Numbered from the whole stretch's first letter, positions 1 through 12,233 are shown. The stretch is 63,761 nucleotides of DNA, filler included, from Choristocarpus tenellus KU-1152 (GCA_964200185.2; 11 parts of 11 records of this genome joined end to end with filler, not necessarily neighbours in it); one strand, 5' to 3'. Program-made: numbers and translations. Notes: generated by a model from the letters alone, not told the origin.

Positions 1-55
1 TAAAAAACGAACAAAAATACATGAAAAAGCCCTTCGTCGCCTAAATATTCAAGGC

Positions 56-106
56 CTCAAATGGACAAACAGGGCAAATACTGTACCCTCTCAGATACTT
101 TCACTC
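56..106 (-). mobile_element. MITE family 1, one terminus (partial copy)
   Basis: Reverse complement GAGTGAAAGTATCTGAGAGGGTACAGTATTTGCCCTGTTTGTCCAT matches the left end of the full copy at 14225. Confidence 0.85.
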
Positions 107-377
107 AAAGTTGAGGAAGAGATGGAAACAGTGTCGGTGCGGAGGATGCAGATGATGAAGATTGAACAAGTAGAGGGAGAGATGGGTTTCAGCGCAGAGG
201 GAAAGGAAGAAGAAGAAGCAAGGAAGAGGATCGAAGGCGACTCCAGTCAAGCCCAAGACTAGACGAATGAGATGCCCAAACTAACGGAAAGGATGGACCA
301 CATGATGGAGATCCTGTAGGAGCTATGTCAGGCCAATAACCTCAGCGACACTCGTAGAAAGGATAAAAGAGAAAGTC

Positions 378-1238
378 ATGATCCAAGCATGGAACAGGGT
401 CAAAGTGAGGAACTATTTCGTACTCCTCGGATTCATCCCCCTGTTTATTCAGGTAGGGAACGCGAGAGCAACAAGGGACGGGTTACAGCGGATCGTGGAC
501 GAGAAAGTGGACGCGACTGAAGAGGTGGCAAAGCATCTGGAAAACTTGATAGCCTTCATGATAAAGGACTACATACCAAGAGGGGAGTTGGGGAGAAAAA
601 CCTACAGAGGAGACTACGATTTGCCAGACAATTTCAACTGCTTCATGAGAGCAATGGGAAAGATATGCAGGTATGGGGAAGGGTGGAAACCGAGGAAGAG
701 GAGGCCAGCGAGTGTGAGAGAGGAATTGGAAACGGCAAGGTGCATGGTACGGACGGTTAACGGAGCAAACAAATCCACGTTGTTTGAAAATCCACGGATT
801 GTTGACTTGATTTTCAGAGCAGTGGGGGAGGATCTCCAGTGTTGGGCCAAACAGATTGCAGCAGCGGCAGACATCATTGGCTATAAGTTTAACGCCCTCC
901 CACTCCCTGAAATGTGGGTACCAGACCCTCCAAGCCCCCGCTTCACACGATTAGAGACAACCTTGAGCCAGGAAAATAATATGCTACCCACCTTTTACAG
1001 CACTGATTCCAGTTCCCGACCGATGAAGAGGGCGGCAACATGGGGGGAAACAAGAGCTTCAAAGTTACCCAGACCAGATGAAAGAAACAGGGGTGGAGTC
1101 TCGAGTGGGAGGGGAAGGACGTACAACCCATGTTTTGCATGGAAGGCAGGGCAGGGATGTGAATTCCTGAAAAGAAAAACTTCTACAAATTCCACCACTT
1201 CCAAGAAGGAGAAGAGGAAAAAGAGAAGGGAGACCTGA
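378..1238 (+). pseudogene. Retroelement gag/ORF1-like protein (possibly DIRS/Ngaro type) with degenerate CCCH finger
   Basis: Intronless 286-aa ORF among TE debris. C-terminal PCFAWKAGQGCEF, with YKFHH in a shifted frame, resembles a CCCH finger. The upstream in-frame sequence is broken by a stop. Confidence 0.4.
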
Positions 1239-1329
1239 CTAAAGTCAACGCTACCAAGAAAGATTCCTTAAGGTGCGGCAGGGCAGGACCAGTGGACGTC
1301 AGTGCTACCACAACCAAACCAACCAGAAA

Positions 1330-2236
1330 TCGCGATATGAACAAATTGATGCCAGATGGACAGCTGCCACCCTCCCCCAAATACGTTGAGCCTTGCACTT
1401 CTGCAAACCTAGCATCGAGGAGGAGGCCTTTAAGGGCGAAGATGTCAGTGAAGACGAAGTCACCAAGGCCAAGAAGGCATATGACGTCCTGCCGAGGAGC
1501 ACCAGCAGAATTTACCGGTGTATAGTCCGGAATGCTGCCTCACCTTCAGGAGCCTGGAAACAACTACGTGAACACTTTCTTATTCAATCAGATGAGGAAA
1601 TAGCCAGACTCCAAAGGAAGGTCATGACGGTCAAGATGCCTAGGGAATCAGATCCCCAAATCACCTTCACTATGATGCTGGACTGGGTTGGCCAGATGGC
1701 CATGATGGGGCATGTAATGTCCGAGCAAGTCCTAGAAATCGCCATGCTGGATTGTTTGGAAGAGGACTATCAAATTACCAAACATTATCTGCAGCACCAT
1801 AACAAGGCCAAGCGTTCGAGGACTATGATTCAACAAGCCGCTCATTCATGTTGTTTCTCACTCAAGCGAGAAGTGGGAGACCGCGGAAAGCCTGGGAGCA
1901 CTCTAGCCGCGAGGAATACAAGAAGGGCTAGCCTAGGTGGCAGCCGAAGTACGACTGATCACCGTACATACCCTGGGATGAAAGGATCTCATCACAGAAG
2001 ACACGAAAAACACGAAGATTCCTATGAATACAAAGGACTGTGTTACAGCTGCAGAAGAAAAGGACACCAGAACAAAGCACGTTGATGTCCGACATCATTT
2101 TCTGAGGGATTTGTCTAGAAAAGGAGATATTCGTGTTGTTTTTGTTGGTACTGCAAATCAGAGGCCAGATATATTGACCAAGAATTTGCCAGTTCGAGGT
2201 TTTAGATAACATGTGAATTTTTTGATGAACATGTGA
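1330..2236 (+). mobile_element. Ty1/Copia internal-deletion derivative: gag (UBN2-like plus zinc knuckle) joined to the RNase H C-terminus
   Basis: SPSGAWKQLREHF...LEEDY gag, then CYSCRRKGH knuckle, then directly RTKHVDVRHHFLRD...NQRPDILTKNL. Confidence 0.9.
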
Positions 2237-2314
2237 CACAAAATTGGTGTTTGATTTTATTTTTTTGTTTTATGATTGTTTGAGAGTTAATACTTGTTTT
2301 CAGCTAGGGGAGGA

Positions 2315-2547
2315 TGTCGAATAACCTATTGTTATCCTTACGTTATCTGTGCTGATACAAGTAAACAACATAGCTTATATGTACGTTGATCTTTAGTTTA
2401 GTACAATACAAGGTAGTAACGTACACAGCGGTATGTTTAGTGGACCAACGGGATATTACAAATGGTATAACGGGACAATAGCATCAAGTGGACAATACCC
2501 TGTGGATAATTAATAATTCAGTATGTGTGTTACCATGTAATTCAACT
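2315..2547 (+). mobile_element. Copia 3' LTR (3' boundary approximate)
   Basis: Starts TGTCGA immediately after the polypurine tract AGGGGAGGA (2306-2314), downstream of RNase H. Confidence 0.75.
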
Positions 2548-2549
2548 GC

Positions 2550-2870
2550 TAGCTTCCGGCGACGAGCCTCATGTGGTCAAGCTTCTCAACAAGGCCAGTA
2601 TTGTGGGGCTTGTACGTACGGCCTGTGAGAAGGACTCGCCATGAGGCCCTTGCTGCTTTGCTAGGAGGGTGGGGAGGGTAGCCACCAGTGATCCTACAAA
2701 AGCTGCATGCTGGCGGTGTTTCATGGAGGAGAGGCCTAGACTCCCCGCACTTGTAGGCATCTGTGCCTGTACTTGTTGGTGGGTCTCCAGGCGGAGAGAC
2801 CTATTGTTGCACCCTTCCTTGAAGAAGTCTGTCATCTCTGTCGCATCAGTTATCTCCATTATCCTCTCTA
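2550..2870 (-). mobile_element. CRE-like non-LTR retrotransposon fragment (post-RT region)
   Basis: QAQMPTSAGSLGLSS...AAFVGS resembles the LPxxxGGLGL...AAF motif that follows the RT in RLE-type non-LTR elements. Confidence 0.7.
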
Positions 2871-2894
2871 GTGTCCACAGTGAGGTGTTGTCTG

Positions 2895-2988
2895 CCTTGT
2901 ATTGTACTAAAGATCAACGTACCTATTAGCTATGTTGTTTACTTGTATCAGCAGAGATAACGTAAGCATAATACTAGGTTATTCGACA
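2895..2988 (-). mobile_element. Second, inverted partial copy of the same Copia LTR
   Basis: Reverse complement TGTCGAATAACCTAGTATTATGCTTACGTTATC... aligns with 2315-2413. Confidence 0.9.
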
Positions 2989-3160
2989 AATGTTTCGGAG
3001 TAGGTAGAATGTATACGTTATGAAAATGTGTGTCCAGAACATGGATATTGACACTTCCTAANNNNNNNNNNAACACGATAGCCAAAATTACATCAAAATC
3101 GCAACATTTGATTTTTGTCCCCAAATGGACACAGCTCTACCCTCTAAGATAGTTTGACTC
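2989..3160 (+). mobile_element. MITE family 1, left-truncated copy (contains a 10-N gap)
   Basis: Aligns with the right two-thirds of 14225-14483 and ends TACCCTCTAAGATAGTTTGACTC. Confidence 0.9.
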
Positions 3161-3914
3161 CACCCCGGTTCTCTCTTCACCTACCGAGACCAGGATTCCC
3201 CACAGACTTCGTCACCGTCCCACCTGGTGAAGGACTCGTTGCTCTCTTCCTGCTTTCCCGAGGTGACAAAGACTGCAGAGCGGTGCTCCGACATGGTTGA
3301 AGATCCAACCACTTTTGTGCGGTAATGCTTTCAATGCATCTTCTCTCAGCATCGGCGTCGCAGCCCTGTGATTCATTTCGTGATTTGATTATGCTACTTT
3401 CTGTACGACACTATTCATTCACACTATCTCATCACCTAACATAGCACTGAGTGTCACACGGTACTTGCTTTCCGTCGCCTCTGGACAAACCGGGTGCCAA
3501 AGTTAGATCTAGGGGGCAGAGTGGCTCTCCTTGTCTCACCGCCGTGGTTCTTGTTGCTGTGTTGGTCACGTGTGTTTGTGCTCACAGCCTATCTGCAAAT
3601 GGCGCTGAAAAGATGTCTGAAACTCTTGGGGGGGTTTTCAGTATCACCACACGAACCAAACTTGGGCAGCGGCCTATTCCGCATCAGGTTTTGGGGGGAG
3701 TTCAGCCAACCACTTCATTCTTGTCCGTTTTGAAGTCGTGACCTTCAAAATTGCCACAGAGATATTCCACCACGTTTTTGATCGGGATAATAGCTCCCAT
3801 TCCTCTAAGCCTGAACATTCGTGGATACAAATCTTCAAAAGATCATGTCAAACTCTTTCATTTGATATATATGCTAGCGCGCCACTAGAGTCAGTGTGAA
3901 CAAGGGACAAACGC

Positions 3915-4708
3915 ATGGGCCTCGATACAACCTCTGGAACCAGCATGCCAGATCTCCCCTCAGGAATTCCAGCTCACAGTCAGCAGATCCCTGGGGGGGG
4001 AGGAGGCCCTATCCAACAGGTGACCAGCCGTAGGGTGCAGGAGGCAAACGTGGATACCAGACATGCCCGTACCTGTCCCCCTGCCCTGGGGCAGGTACGA
4101 CAACACACTCCCGTGGTAAAACACCTGCACCAACTATGTAAGGGTATGGGCATCCCTTGCACTATGGAGGACGGTAGCCCTTTCACTGTGGACAGGAAAT
4201 TCTGCATGGACCTGGTGTTCCATGCAGGGGCACTAGCAGATGCCGGAACTGCTCCCTAGAGGGACAAAGGTCTTCTGCTAGACATCACCTTCGCAGAGGT
4301 ACAGGCAATCTCTCACCTAACCCACTCACCCACTCATCCGCCAGCAATGGTGTAGCTGCTGCTGCAGCAGAGGCGCAAAAGCGCACCCACTACAAGGGCT
4401 CCCTTGATCCTCGTAATTATGACCTCAACACCTTTGTGATTGAACGTTTTGGGCACCTCGGCAAGTAAGCGGAATGCTTCCTGGACGAGCTGGCTACTCA
4501 CATGGTAGGGGGGAGAGGAACTGGAGGATATTGCAAGAAAGGAGTGGTTAAATCCCAGCTACGCCAAATTGTTTCGGTGACTAAGCTAGTGGCATTGTCT
4601 CGACATGTCATGCACTTCAAGCTAGAGTCATCAGGGAGATGGGCACAGAGGGGTTTAATGGATTCTGAGGATGCCTCCCTAGCTCCCCCCTCCAGGGCAC
4701 AGGAGTAG
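3915..4708 (+). mobile_element. CRE-like non-LTR retrotransposon 3' end: zinc knuckle plus restriction-like endonuclease (disrupted)
   Basis: DTRHARTC, QH..VV, MDLVF, LLLDITF, AEAQKRTHY, FVIERFGHLGK in the canonical RLE order, with stops and frameshifts. Confidence 0.85.
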
Positions 4709-4837
4709 TAGGAAGCACAGGAAGACAGTACAATATTGATAATGGTGAAGTAACAGGAAGATTAGTGTTTTCACACTTTTAGTGTTTTATAGTGTTTTTA
4801 CATTTATGGCATTTTATTCCCTTACAGCTTACACTGA

Positions 4838-4912
4838 CATGCATATAGTTTTCATTTGTTTTCCCCCTGACACATCTGCAAAATGTCGAGGACATAATAA
4901 TATATAATATAT
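4838..4912 (-). repeat. Isolated copy of the ~55-bp unit clustered at 11470-12133
   Basis: TTTCCCCCTGACACATCTGCAAAATGTC is the reverse complement of the cluster core. Confidence 0.8.
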
Positions 4913-5309
4913 ACTTAGTTGTGTACCTGTTACGTCATTCTGGTGAGAGTTTCTACGATTGCCACAGAGGGCGAAGCTATCGGTACCACGTTAGTCAGGA
5001 TTTTCCATTGGGAATACCTGAATATATCAAAAAGAAAAACGAAACGGGTCTTAAAACCTGCGGAAGAGATGGGGTTAGGGGGAAATTATATCATGCTTGC
5101 AAATTTTATGCTCACTCATCCATCCATAATAGTATGTGAATTTTAGAAAGTCTACCAGGTTTTGGATAACAAACGGTGCAGTCATATTCTATTCAACAAG
5201 GTTGCAATAGGACAAGGAACGGACCAGCCTCGTCACAACCAACAGTAGAAAATTGCTAAGGGATGAAAATGGAGAAGTATTAAGTGCTTTTGAATTCTGG
5301 GAAGGAAGT

Positions 5310-5531
5310 TTCTGCACACTTTTCTACAATTTGTCGGACATTTCCATGATATGCCCGTTTTTCATCTCTCAATTTACTTATTTATTCTGTTTAATGAACT
5401 TCTCAGACCGATTTGAACGTTTTCACCACAATTCGGAAACCATTCTGAACGCTTTTGAAAAAAGCACGATCCTTTCCCATTTCTCCTTGTATCACTAGAA
5501 TGCAGAACGTACCTCTCATTTACTTTGACTC
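5310..5531. mobile_element. MITE family 3, partial (left boundary uncertain)
   Basis: Ends GTACCTCTCATTTACTTTGACTC; the body resembles the reverse complement of 53284-53420. Confidence 0.55.
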
Positions 5532-7527
5532 TCGTTCAGAAAGAATCAATCCTCTACTGGAAACAAATGCGCTTTTGCAGAAACTCATTAGATGATGTCG
5601 TGTGAAGCTTTGCCAATCTGTACACACTAAGAGAACCTACACTCAATCTTCACTTACTTGAGACTTCATTCTGGTCCTATGAATATGCCATCTTTAAACA
5701 AAGGACCAAATACTTTGCCACAATCCCTTTGTATTTGTACACATTTTCGCGGCTCCAGGATTGCGATACCTTCGATGTTCAGAGTGAATAACCTGTTACA
5801 TCACTTTGAATGTTAAACTTTATCACAGGTCCCACTTCCTGGTACATCATTAATTACCTCATTGATTTAGTAAGAATGTAATCAGAGACGATGTTGACAA
5901 CAATTATCCTCCTCAACAAAGTGTACAAAAGAAATTTCTTCCTGCTAGGTGCAGGTGTAGAGGTGGTGTTCCTCTTTTTGGTACCAATGCTGCTTGTCAC
6001 CAGACCAAAAATGATTACGAGAGATCTCCCACCCGTTCTACTTCCATTTCAGTAACGTTAATAATGAAACTGGAGGCTTGCTTGGAGTTGGTTGGGTTGT
6101 GAGTGAGGGCAATAACAGTGGCGTTTGGAATGTGCTTCACCGCATGCAGGTTAGCTAATAACAAATGCGGAGATCTATATCTGCATAAATAAGAGTCGCT
6201 ATTTCAATGATACCCTATTCCAGAATTTCATTCCCATCTTCATACAACTTCTTTCCTTTATTTTTGCACTCACTACTTTTCCACATGCACACACAATCAT
6301 CGTTGTTCTTCAATGGTTGAAGGTCAGTGTTTCCTTGCAGTAATGTGTTGGGTTCATGTGGATTTATGCCAGACATGTCTTCAAGGATATCTAACTTCCA
6401 TGATCCGAAGTCCATGCTGCAAGTACCTCTATACATTGTGCACCTGTACTATCCTATCCTGTCCATCACTTTATCACAATAATCAAGGAAAACAAACGAG
6501 TTGAGGGTTTATCATGCTATTGGCACTGAAACGAGTATCGCATGATATTAAAAAAGCGGAGCTTCAAAGGATAGCTGAACACCAGGACTGAAAAGCAAGA
6601 AGGAAGTGCAATCTGTTCTATTGCAAGAGTGGTTAGGACGAAAAGTAATGCAGTCCGTAGTGCCTCTGACAACAGCTCAAAATAATCTCAACGCCGCAGT
6701 GTCAATCAGAAAAATATGGAGACATTGAAATTGTGGTGGGTCCAGAAAAAGAGACACGAAAATGCGTGAACAGGTGGTTACTGGGTCAAAAAGCAGCGTG
6801 GGCACAAGGTGGCTAGGGTAGAGGAATCAACCACAGACTTTCACATTTTAGGCTGCAAATGATAGTGTAAATGCAATTCATACCTCTGTGGCGGTAAAAA
6901 ATATGGTTCACTACATCAACAAGAGGGGTCTCATTGAGCGTGTTCAACTTTTTTTCTTTTATCTGTTTATTTTTGGGTCGTAACAAAATCCAATACTGTA
7001 AAAATAATAATAGTAGTAAGTTTGATAGGCAGAGGGAGACACATGCCAATAAAAATACTTCAAATTCCGCAATTATTCTAGAACCAACTGCCAACGTGAA
7101 ACCAGCAACACCAAAGCAAGGCCATCCCTTGCCTGTATGTCATAGCAGAACACAAAAACCAAGTGCACGAATACTCTTGAGACACTATATTCTAGTGTAC
7201 ATTAGTCTTGAGGGTCCCAAACTCCAGGTCAAAAGGAATCCAAGGAATCAGTACATGCAATACTATGAGAAAGGGAGGAGAGAACAAGCAGGTAGAAATT
7301 GAATGCTCTAAAAGAGGGAAAACAAATCACTTGACAAACCTTGTCTTGCCAACAAAGGACGGGAGTTAAGAATTTATAATACATACTCAACGCAAGTGAA
7401 ACACCCACTACACAAGTACGCATGCACTAATATATCAAGGGGATAACCAAACTCTGACCCTTTCGTCCCCTGAGTTCATACTGGACAAGCTAATGATGCT
7501 GAGGGTAGTGGCAAGAATGTGAAGTTG

Positions 7528-10500
7528 TCACTTGGGAAGAACCATGGGCGACTCTTCCTTGGTCTCCTTCACTCGATCCTTCACAGAAATAATACTGTAG
7601 CGCGTGCTTGCCAACATCACTATCACTATTCCCCAGAAGTTAATGTTGGAAATTCTTGTCTTGAAAATGATTGTACTACTTGTCATCAACATCACCTTTT
7701 TTTTGTAGGAGACACAAGCAGCACAAAAACCACCACAAGGATTTGCAGGAGCAGTGACGGTGAGCAGGTTCAGGGCAGTGGAATCAAGGCAAAATGCACA
7801 GTATTCGACACATAGCAAGAGCAAAAGTTGGCAATGGAATCACGTGGGTGGGAGGTGCATATAAGGAGCACTTGAGAGAGGAAACAGGGTAGAATCCACC
7901 GATTCTATCTTATGTCTAAGGTACACCTTTTGAAGATTACTTTGTGCATTATTTAAATAAATATGAAACAGAGTCAAAATAAACAAGTAAATGAGAGGTG
8001 TCCAAGTTTGTATTTGAGGATGCTGATAATTAGATTTTTATAATTGGCATATTTTTACGGATGCGTGTAGGATATTTTCTGAAATTCTGTCAAGGAGTCT
8101 CAAACAATGTAGGCATCGACACTCTCAAGTCAACTTAGCATTTCATCCATAGAAATATGGGTAACTTTAAGAGACTGAACTCTGACCTGAAATGCAAAAC
8201 AGCCGACACATGGTTACCTATCATTTACTTTGGTTCACATCCATTTTCTTATCTCTGCAACACAAACTCTCTCCACAGGTTCTGTTTCTAACCCTCGGAA
8301 TTATTCGCACCTTGTTCCTCTTTTAACTACAGAACCCTCCAACAGAATCATCCGCCATTGTTTTCATCTAAAATTCAGTCCTTCATGAGGATCTTTAAAT
8401 GCTATCGAACCCCTCAGTCTTGTTTTTGCAAGACAAAACATTGAGCCACCAAACATTGCACTATTACATCTTCGTCAAACAAGTGAACGGCCTACAACGT
8501 CACCAAGAACACACACACACACATCATCATCATCATCTGTCTGCACTGCACCTGTTTGACGTTGGCTATTATGCTCAGTGTCAAGGGGGAGGTGACTTTG
8601 TTGGCCTGAAGAGAGGTTAGGTTGAGGGTGATGGACGCCAATCCACTTAACCCAACAACATATAGCGAGGTCTTTTCTTCTAACAGGGCCATCCTGCTAT
8701 CCCAAGCTGCCAGTGCCTCCCCACTAAAGACTGCAAAGCTGGTGATTTGTACAAGAGCCAAAGGGGCCATACAGGCCAAAAGTTCAACAGGGGGCAGCTG
8801 TGGGCAGGAGGAAAGATGGGGTGGGGAAGTGAGTGAGTGATTTTGAAACACTCCTGTGGTTGTTCCACTACATCGAGACGTTAAGTGCTAGGGAATTGAA
8901 TACAAATCGGCCATTAAGTTAGGAGTAACTCATTGAGAAGGAGAGTGGGTAGCAGGTGCACAACTCAAGTGTGTGGATGTCATGGGAAGACTTATCTTCA
9001 ATGTGAATTGAAACAACAGGGTGTGGAAATGTGCCATCCTTTCATTCATCACTACACACAACCTACCTACGTTCAACTAACTCTACACAAGAAGCTACCA
9101 CAAAAACACTTCATCATAAATTGGACAGCCATCCTTCACAGATGTCGGACAAGAGAATCCAGAGAAAGGCTCTGAGAAAGGTACTCCTGAGACTATGAAA
9201 ATCGCCTGTCAAAGTGTGGCCATTAGCTACTCATGTGTCCATAAACATTTTACAACTAGAGACATACCCCATTTTTCTAGGCGGAGAAAGGCCAACAAAA
9301 CCCCATTCCTCCTTAGAATCCATAGCAACCCACATAATGCAACGAATCGTGCAACGAACCCACCTTTGCCTCCCCAGTGAGAATTTCACTTGATAGAACC
9401 ACCTTGAAAGCTGCCAAAAAAACGCATAATAGTGTAACCTGCATGCCCAGAGCGCTGAATTGCATGTCCCCATAGCATGAAAACGCCACACCGATCACGA
9501 TCGGTATCACTGCCAACTATTATCAGATGGAAAACGATATATTCAAGACAGGGAGCGGTCTGAAACGTCACATGGTAAGCTCAAGAGAGGCTGCATCTCG
9601 AGTCCACGATTCATTAGGTGCCACAGAAGATCGAACATCTTTCGCCTTCAACTGCCAAAATCCCAATGTCTAAAATGTGAGCGCAGAGCAGTGCACTGTG
9701 AAGTAAAATGTACAGCACGGACAAGTGATGCAAAGGTAAGGGATTACGATGAGATTTGTCTTTTGTAGTCACCAGATGAGATTCGTGCCTATTCCATACT
9801 TCTAGTCAATCAGCAACAAAATGTAAATGCATAATCTCACCTTCCCTCTGCTTCTTCCTCCACCCGATCTCATCTACACCAACTACACGCAAATAAATAT
9901 GAGCAATAAAAGGTGAGATCACCTCACTGGCAGGCAACTTGACCAACTCAAGGCATTAAGGAACGAGTAAGACTAACCCGTTGACCCGAAAGAAACAATA
10001 CCCAGTTTGACATATCAACATCCTCACCTTCCGTGCCGAGGAATACTTCTTTCTAAAGCCGCATGTTCCCACGACCATGACCAGAGGTGGAACCAGTGCT
10101 CGCAGGACCTGATTGAAGTTCACGGACACAAGGCTCGCGCTAATGTTACCGATAGCAATATTAAGTGAGAAGATAGCGCTGAATAGCAGTAGCGTGCGGT
10201 AGTCTTGTCTTTTTATCTGCTTTCGTCCCACCCCTCGAAGAAGGAAGTAAAGCGATGTCCCCAACCAGTTACATGCCATGTGAAAAGCTGATACCTGTCG
10301 GATTGCAAAACAAGGAGGCCGAACAAAACAAGTAGGCTTTAGCGGAAGCTTTAGAATTGGGTCTTGATGAAACCTCTAAACGACTAGTGGCATTGACACG
10401 AGAAAAAGCCAAGGGGAGAAACGACAGATGGGCGAGTCATAATATGAATCCCGCGAAAAATTTGTCAAGGTAGCATTGAGAAAGGAAGACGCTATGACAC

Positions 10501-10665
10501 ACCGTGAGCGGGTAGTGGAAGTCCGTGTAAGAAAAGGCGTACTTGTTGATCATGGTAAGGCCCATGTTGTTCAAGATCCACAAAATAACCCACCATATTT
10601 GGGTGGGTAAAGAGATCACACCAGGTTCTTCCTTGACGCCATGAGGCGGCTTCACTACTTTGTTC
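7528..10665 (-). CDS. Triose-phosphate-translocator/nucleotide-sugar transporter family (DMT) protein. Exons 10665-10503, 10294-10028, 9516-9364, 8797-8552, 7695-7528; possible 6-nt first exon 10886-10881
   Basis: GT-AG splicing gives a continuous frame: LTMINKYAF..FHYPLTVSAFHM, GNISASLVSVNFNQVLRALVP, GDMQFS, NKVTSPLTLSIIANVKQV. Confidence 0.92.
7971..8236. mobile_element. MITE family 3 in the last intron of the transporter gene
   Basis: Termini GAGTCAAA...AGTAAATGAGAGGT and ACCTATCATTTACTTTGGTTC, flanked by ACA/ACA. Confidence 0.65.
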
Positions 10666-11469
10666 TGGGAGGTTTGATACAAAGAGGAACGAACAGTTGT
10701 GGACAACAGTGCGCATGGGGAAGAAAGCCAAAAGGTGTAGGTAATGTTGGTAAGTAGGAGTAGGTAAGAATGGGGTGAAGACAGTTAGTCCATACGACAG
10801 GTTGTCCTAAAACACGTCATGAAATTTTGCACTTCACTTGGAACCTCACACCACCCTACACGGTAAGTAACACCCCTCACATTCATGTCACAAGAAAGGT
10901 TGGAATACAACCACTTCTTGACCCGTATGCGGGTTCAATCCTCTTGGATATAGTTGAGTTGTGTGTTCATCTATCAATAATATTGTACTAATTGAGGAAT
11001 GATAGAACAAAGTAGTGAGGAACCTATGAGACCAACCGAGTTAGAACAGAATGAAAGCTGTGCATGATGAAAATCAAAGTAATCCCATCAATATCAATAG
11101 ATAAGAAATAGAAAAGAAATGACATCAAACAACAAGAGTTAAAAAACTCAAAAGTTCCATCAACTTCAGTGACATCACGAAGTGTTTTGAAATGAACATT
11201 CAGAATAATATATATATTATTTTGTACTTGACACAATCGAAGTGTTAGAAATTGGAAAGAACAAGAGAATGGAAAATGTGAGGTGGACCTCTCAAGTATT
11301 TCAACATCTAAAATGGTGTCTCTTCACATCTGATTTATGTGATTTAATGTAAATTTAGTGTAATGGAAAGGGGAAAAAATGATGTGATGAAACTTCAAGG
11401 AGGGTTCTTGTCGAGATGTACCCAGATGTTTAAAAGTCTTGAGGGTATAATAATAGTAAGGGCTGAAAA

Positions 11470-12133
11470 TTGATGCAAAATGTCAGAGCGGATAATAATA
11501 AAACTAATATACTAAATATACCTTATGATAGTAAGGGCATATAAAAATATAATAAAGGCATACTAATAACAATAATAAACAATATTCCAATGATACCGTT
11601 ATTGCCGAATAGAGTATACCGCTATACCGATTAAGGTTGTGTTCTGAGAACTTTGGTTCGATTGTGTGGAAGATATTTTATTTCATTTGGGCTAATAAGA
11701 CATGTATTATTATTATCCCTCTGACATTTTGCAGAATATTTAATATATTTTATTATTATACCCTTTGACATTTTGCAGATGTGTCAGGGGGAAACCAATG
11801 AAAACTATATGATCAGTGGTTTCCACATTTACAATGTTTTATAGTGTTCTTATTTATATTATTATGCCCTCTGACATTTTGCAGATGTGTCAGGGGAAAA
11901 CCAATGAAAACTATGGAAACCAATGAAAACTATATACATATGTGTATATAAAATTGTCCTAAACGACATAAATAGTTTTAATTGGTTTCCCCCCATACAC
12001 ACCTGCAAAATGTCAGAGAGCATAATAATAATATATATATTTAGGACATTTTATGTATATGTATTATATTATTATGCCCTCTGACATTTTGCAGATGTGT
12101 CAGGGGAAAACCAATCAAAATTATATACGTATG
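11470..12133. repeat. Cluster of at least 6 full or partial ~55-bp units (ATTATGCCCTCTGACATTTTGCAGATGTGTCAGGGGAAAACCAATGAAAACTATA) in both orientations
   Basis: Forward copies near 11708, 11755, 11860 and 12068; inverted copies near 11475 and 11972. Confidence 0.85.
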
Positions 12134-12233
12134 NNNNNNNNNNNNNNNNNNNNNNNNNNNNNNNNNNNNNNNNNNNNTTAATTAATTAANNNNNNNNNNN
12201 NNNNNNNNNNNNNNNNNNNNNNNNNNNNNNNNN
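12134..12233. other. Artificial contig linker N44-TTAATTAATTAA-N44. Also at 17140, 24490, 29569, 36683, 39869, 45400, 51257, 58006 and 61091 (each 100 bp)
   Basis: Ten identical 100-bp spacers with stop codons in all six frames. Confidence 0.99.

Noticed and set aside
3161-3295. Possible Copia gag N-terminus on the minus strand (FTRWDGDE..ESWS)
   Set aside because: Very short, contains a stop, and has no recognisable LTR or PBS
12178-12189. Recurring palindrome TTAATTAATTAA as a biological motif
   Set aside because: Always centred in N runs; it is an artificial six-frame stop linker
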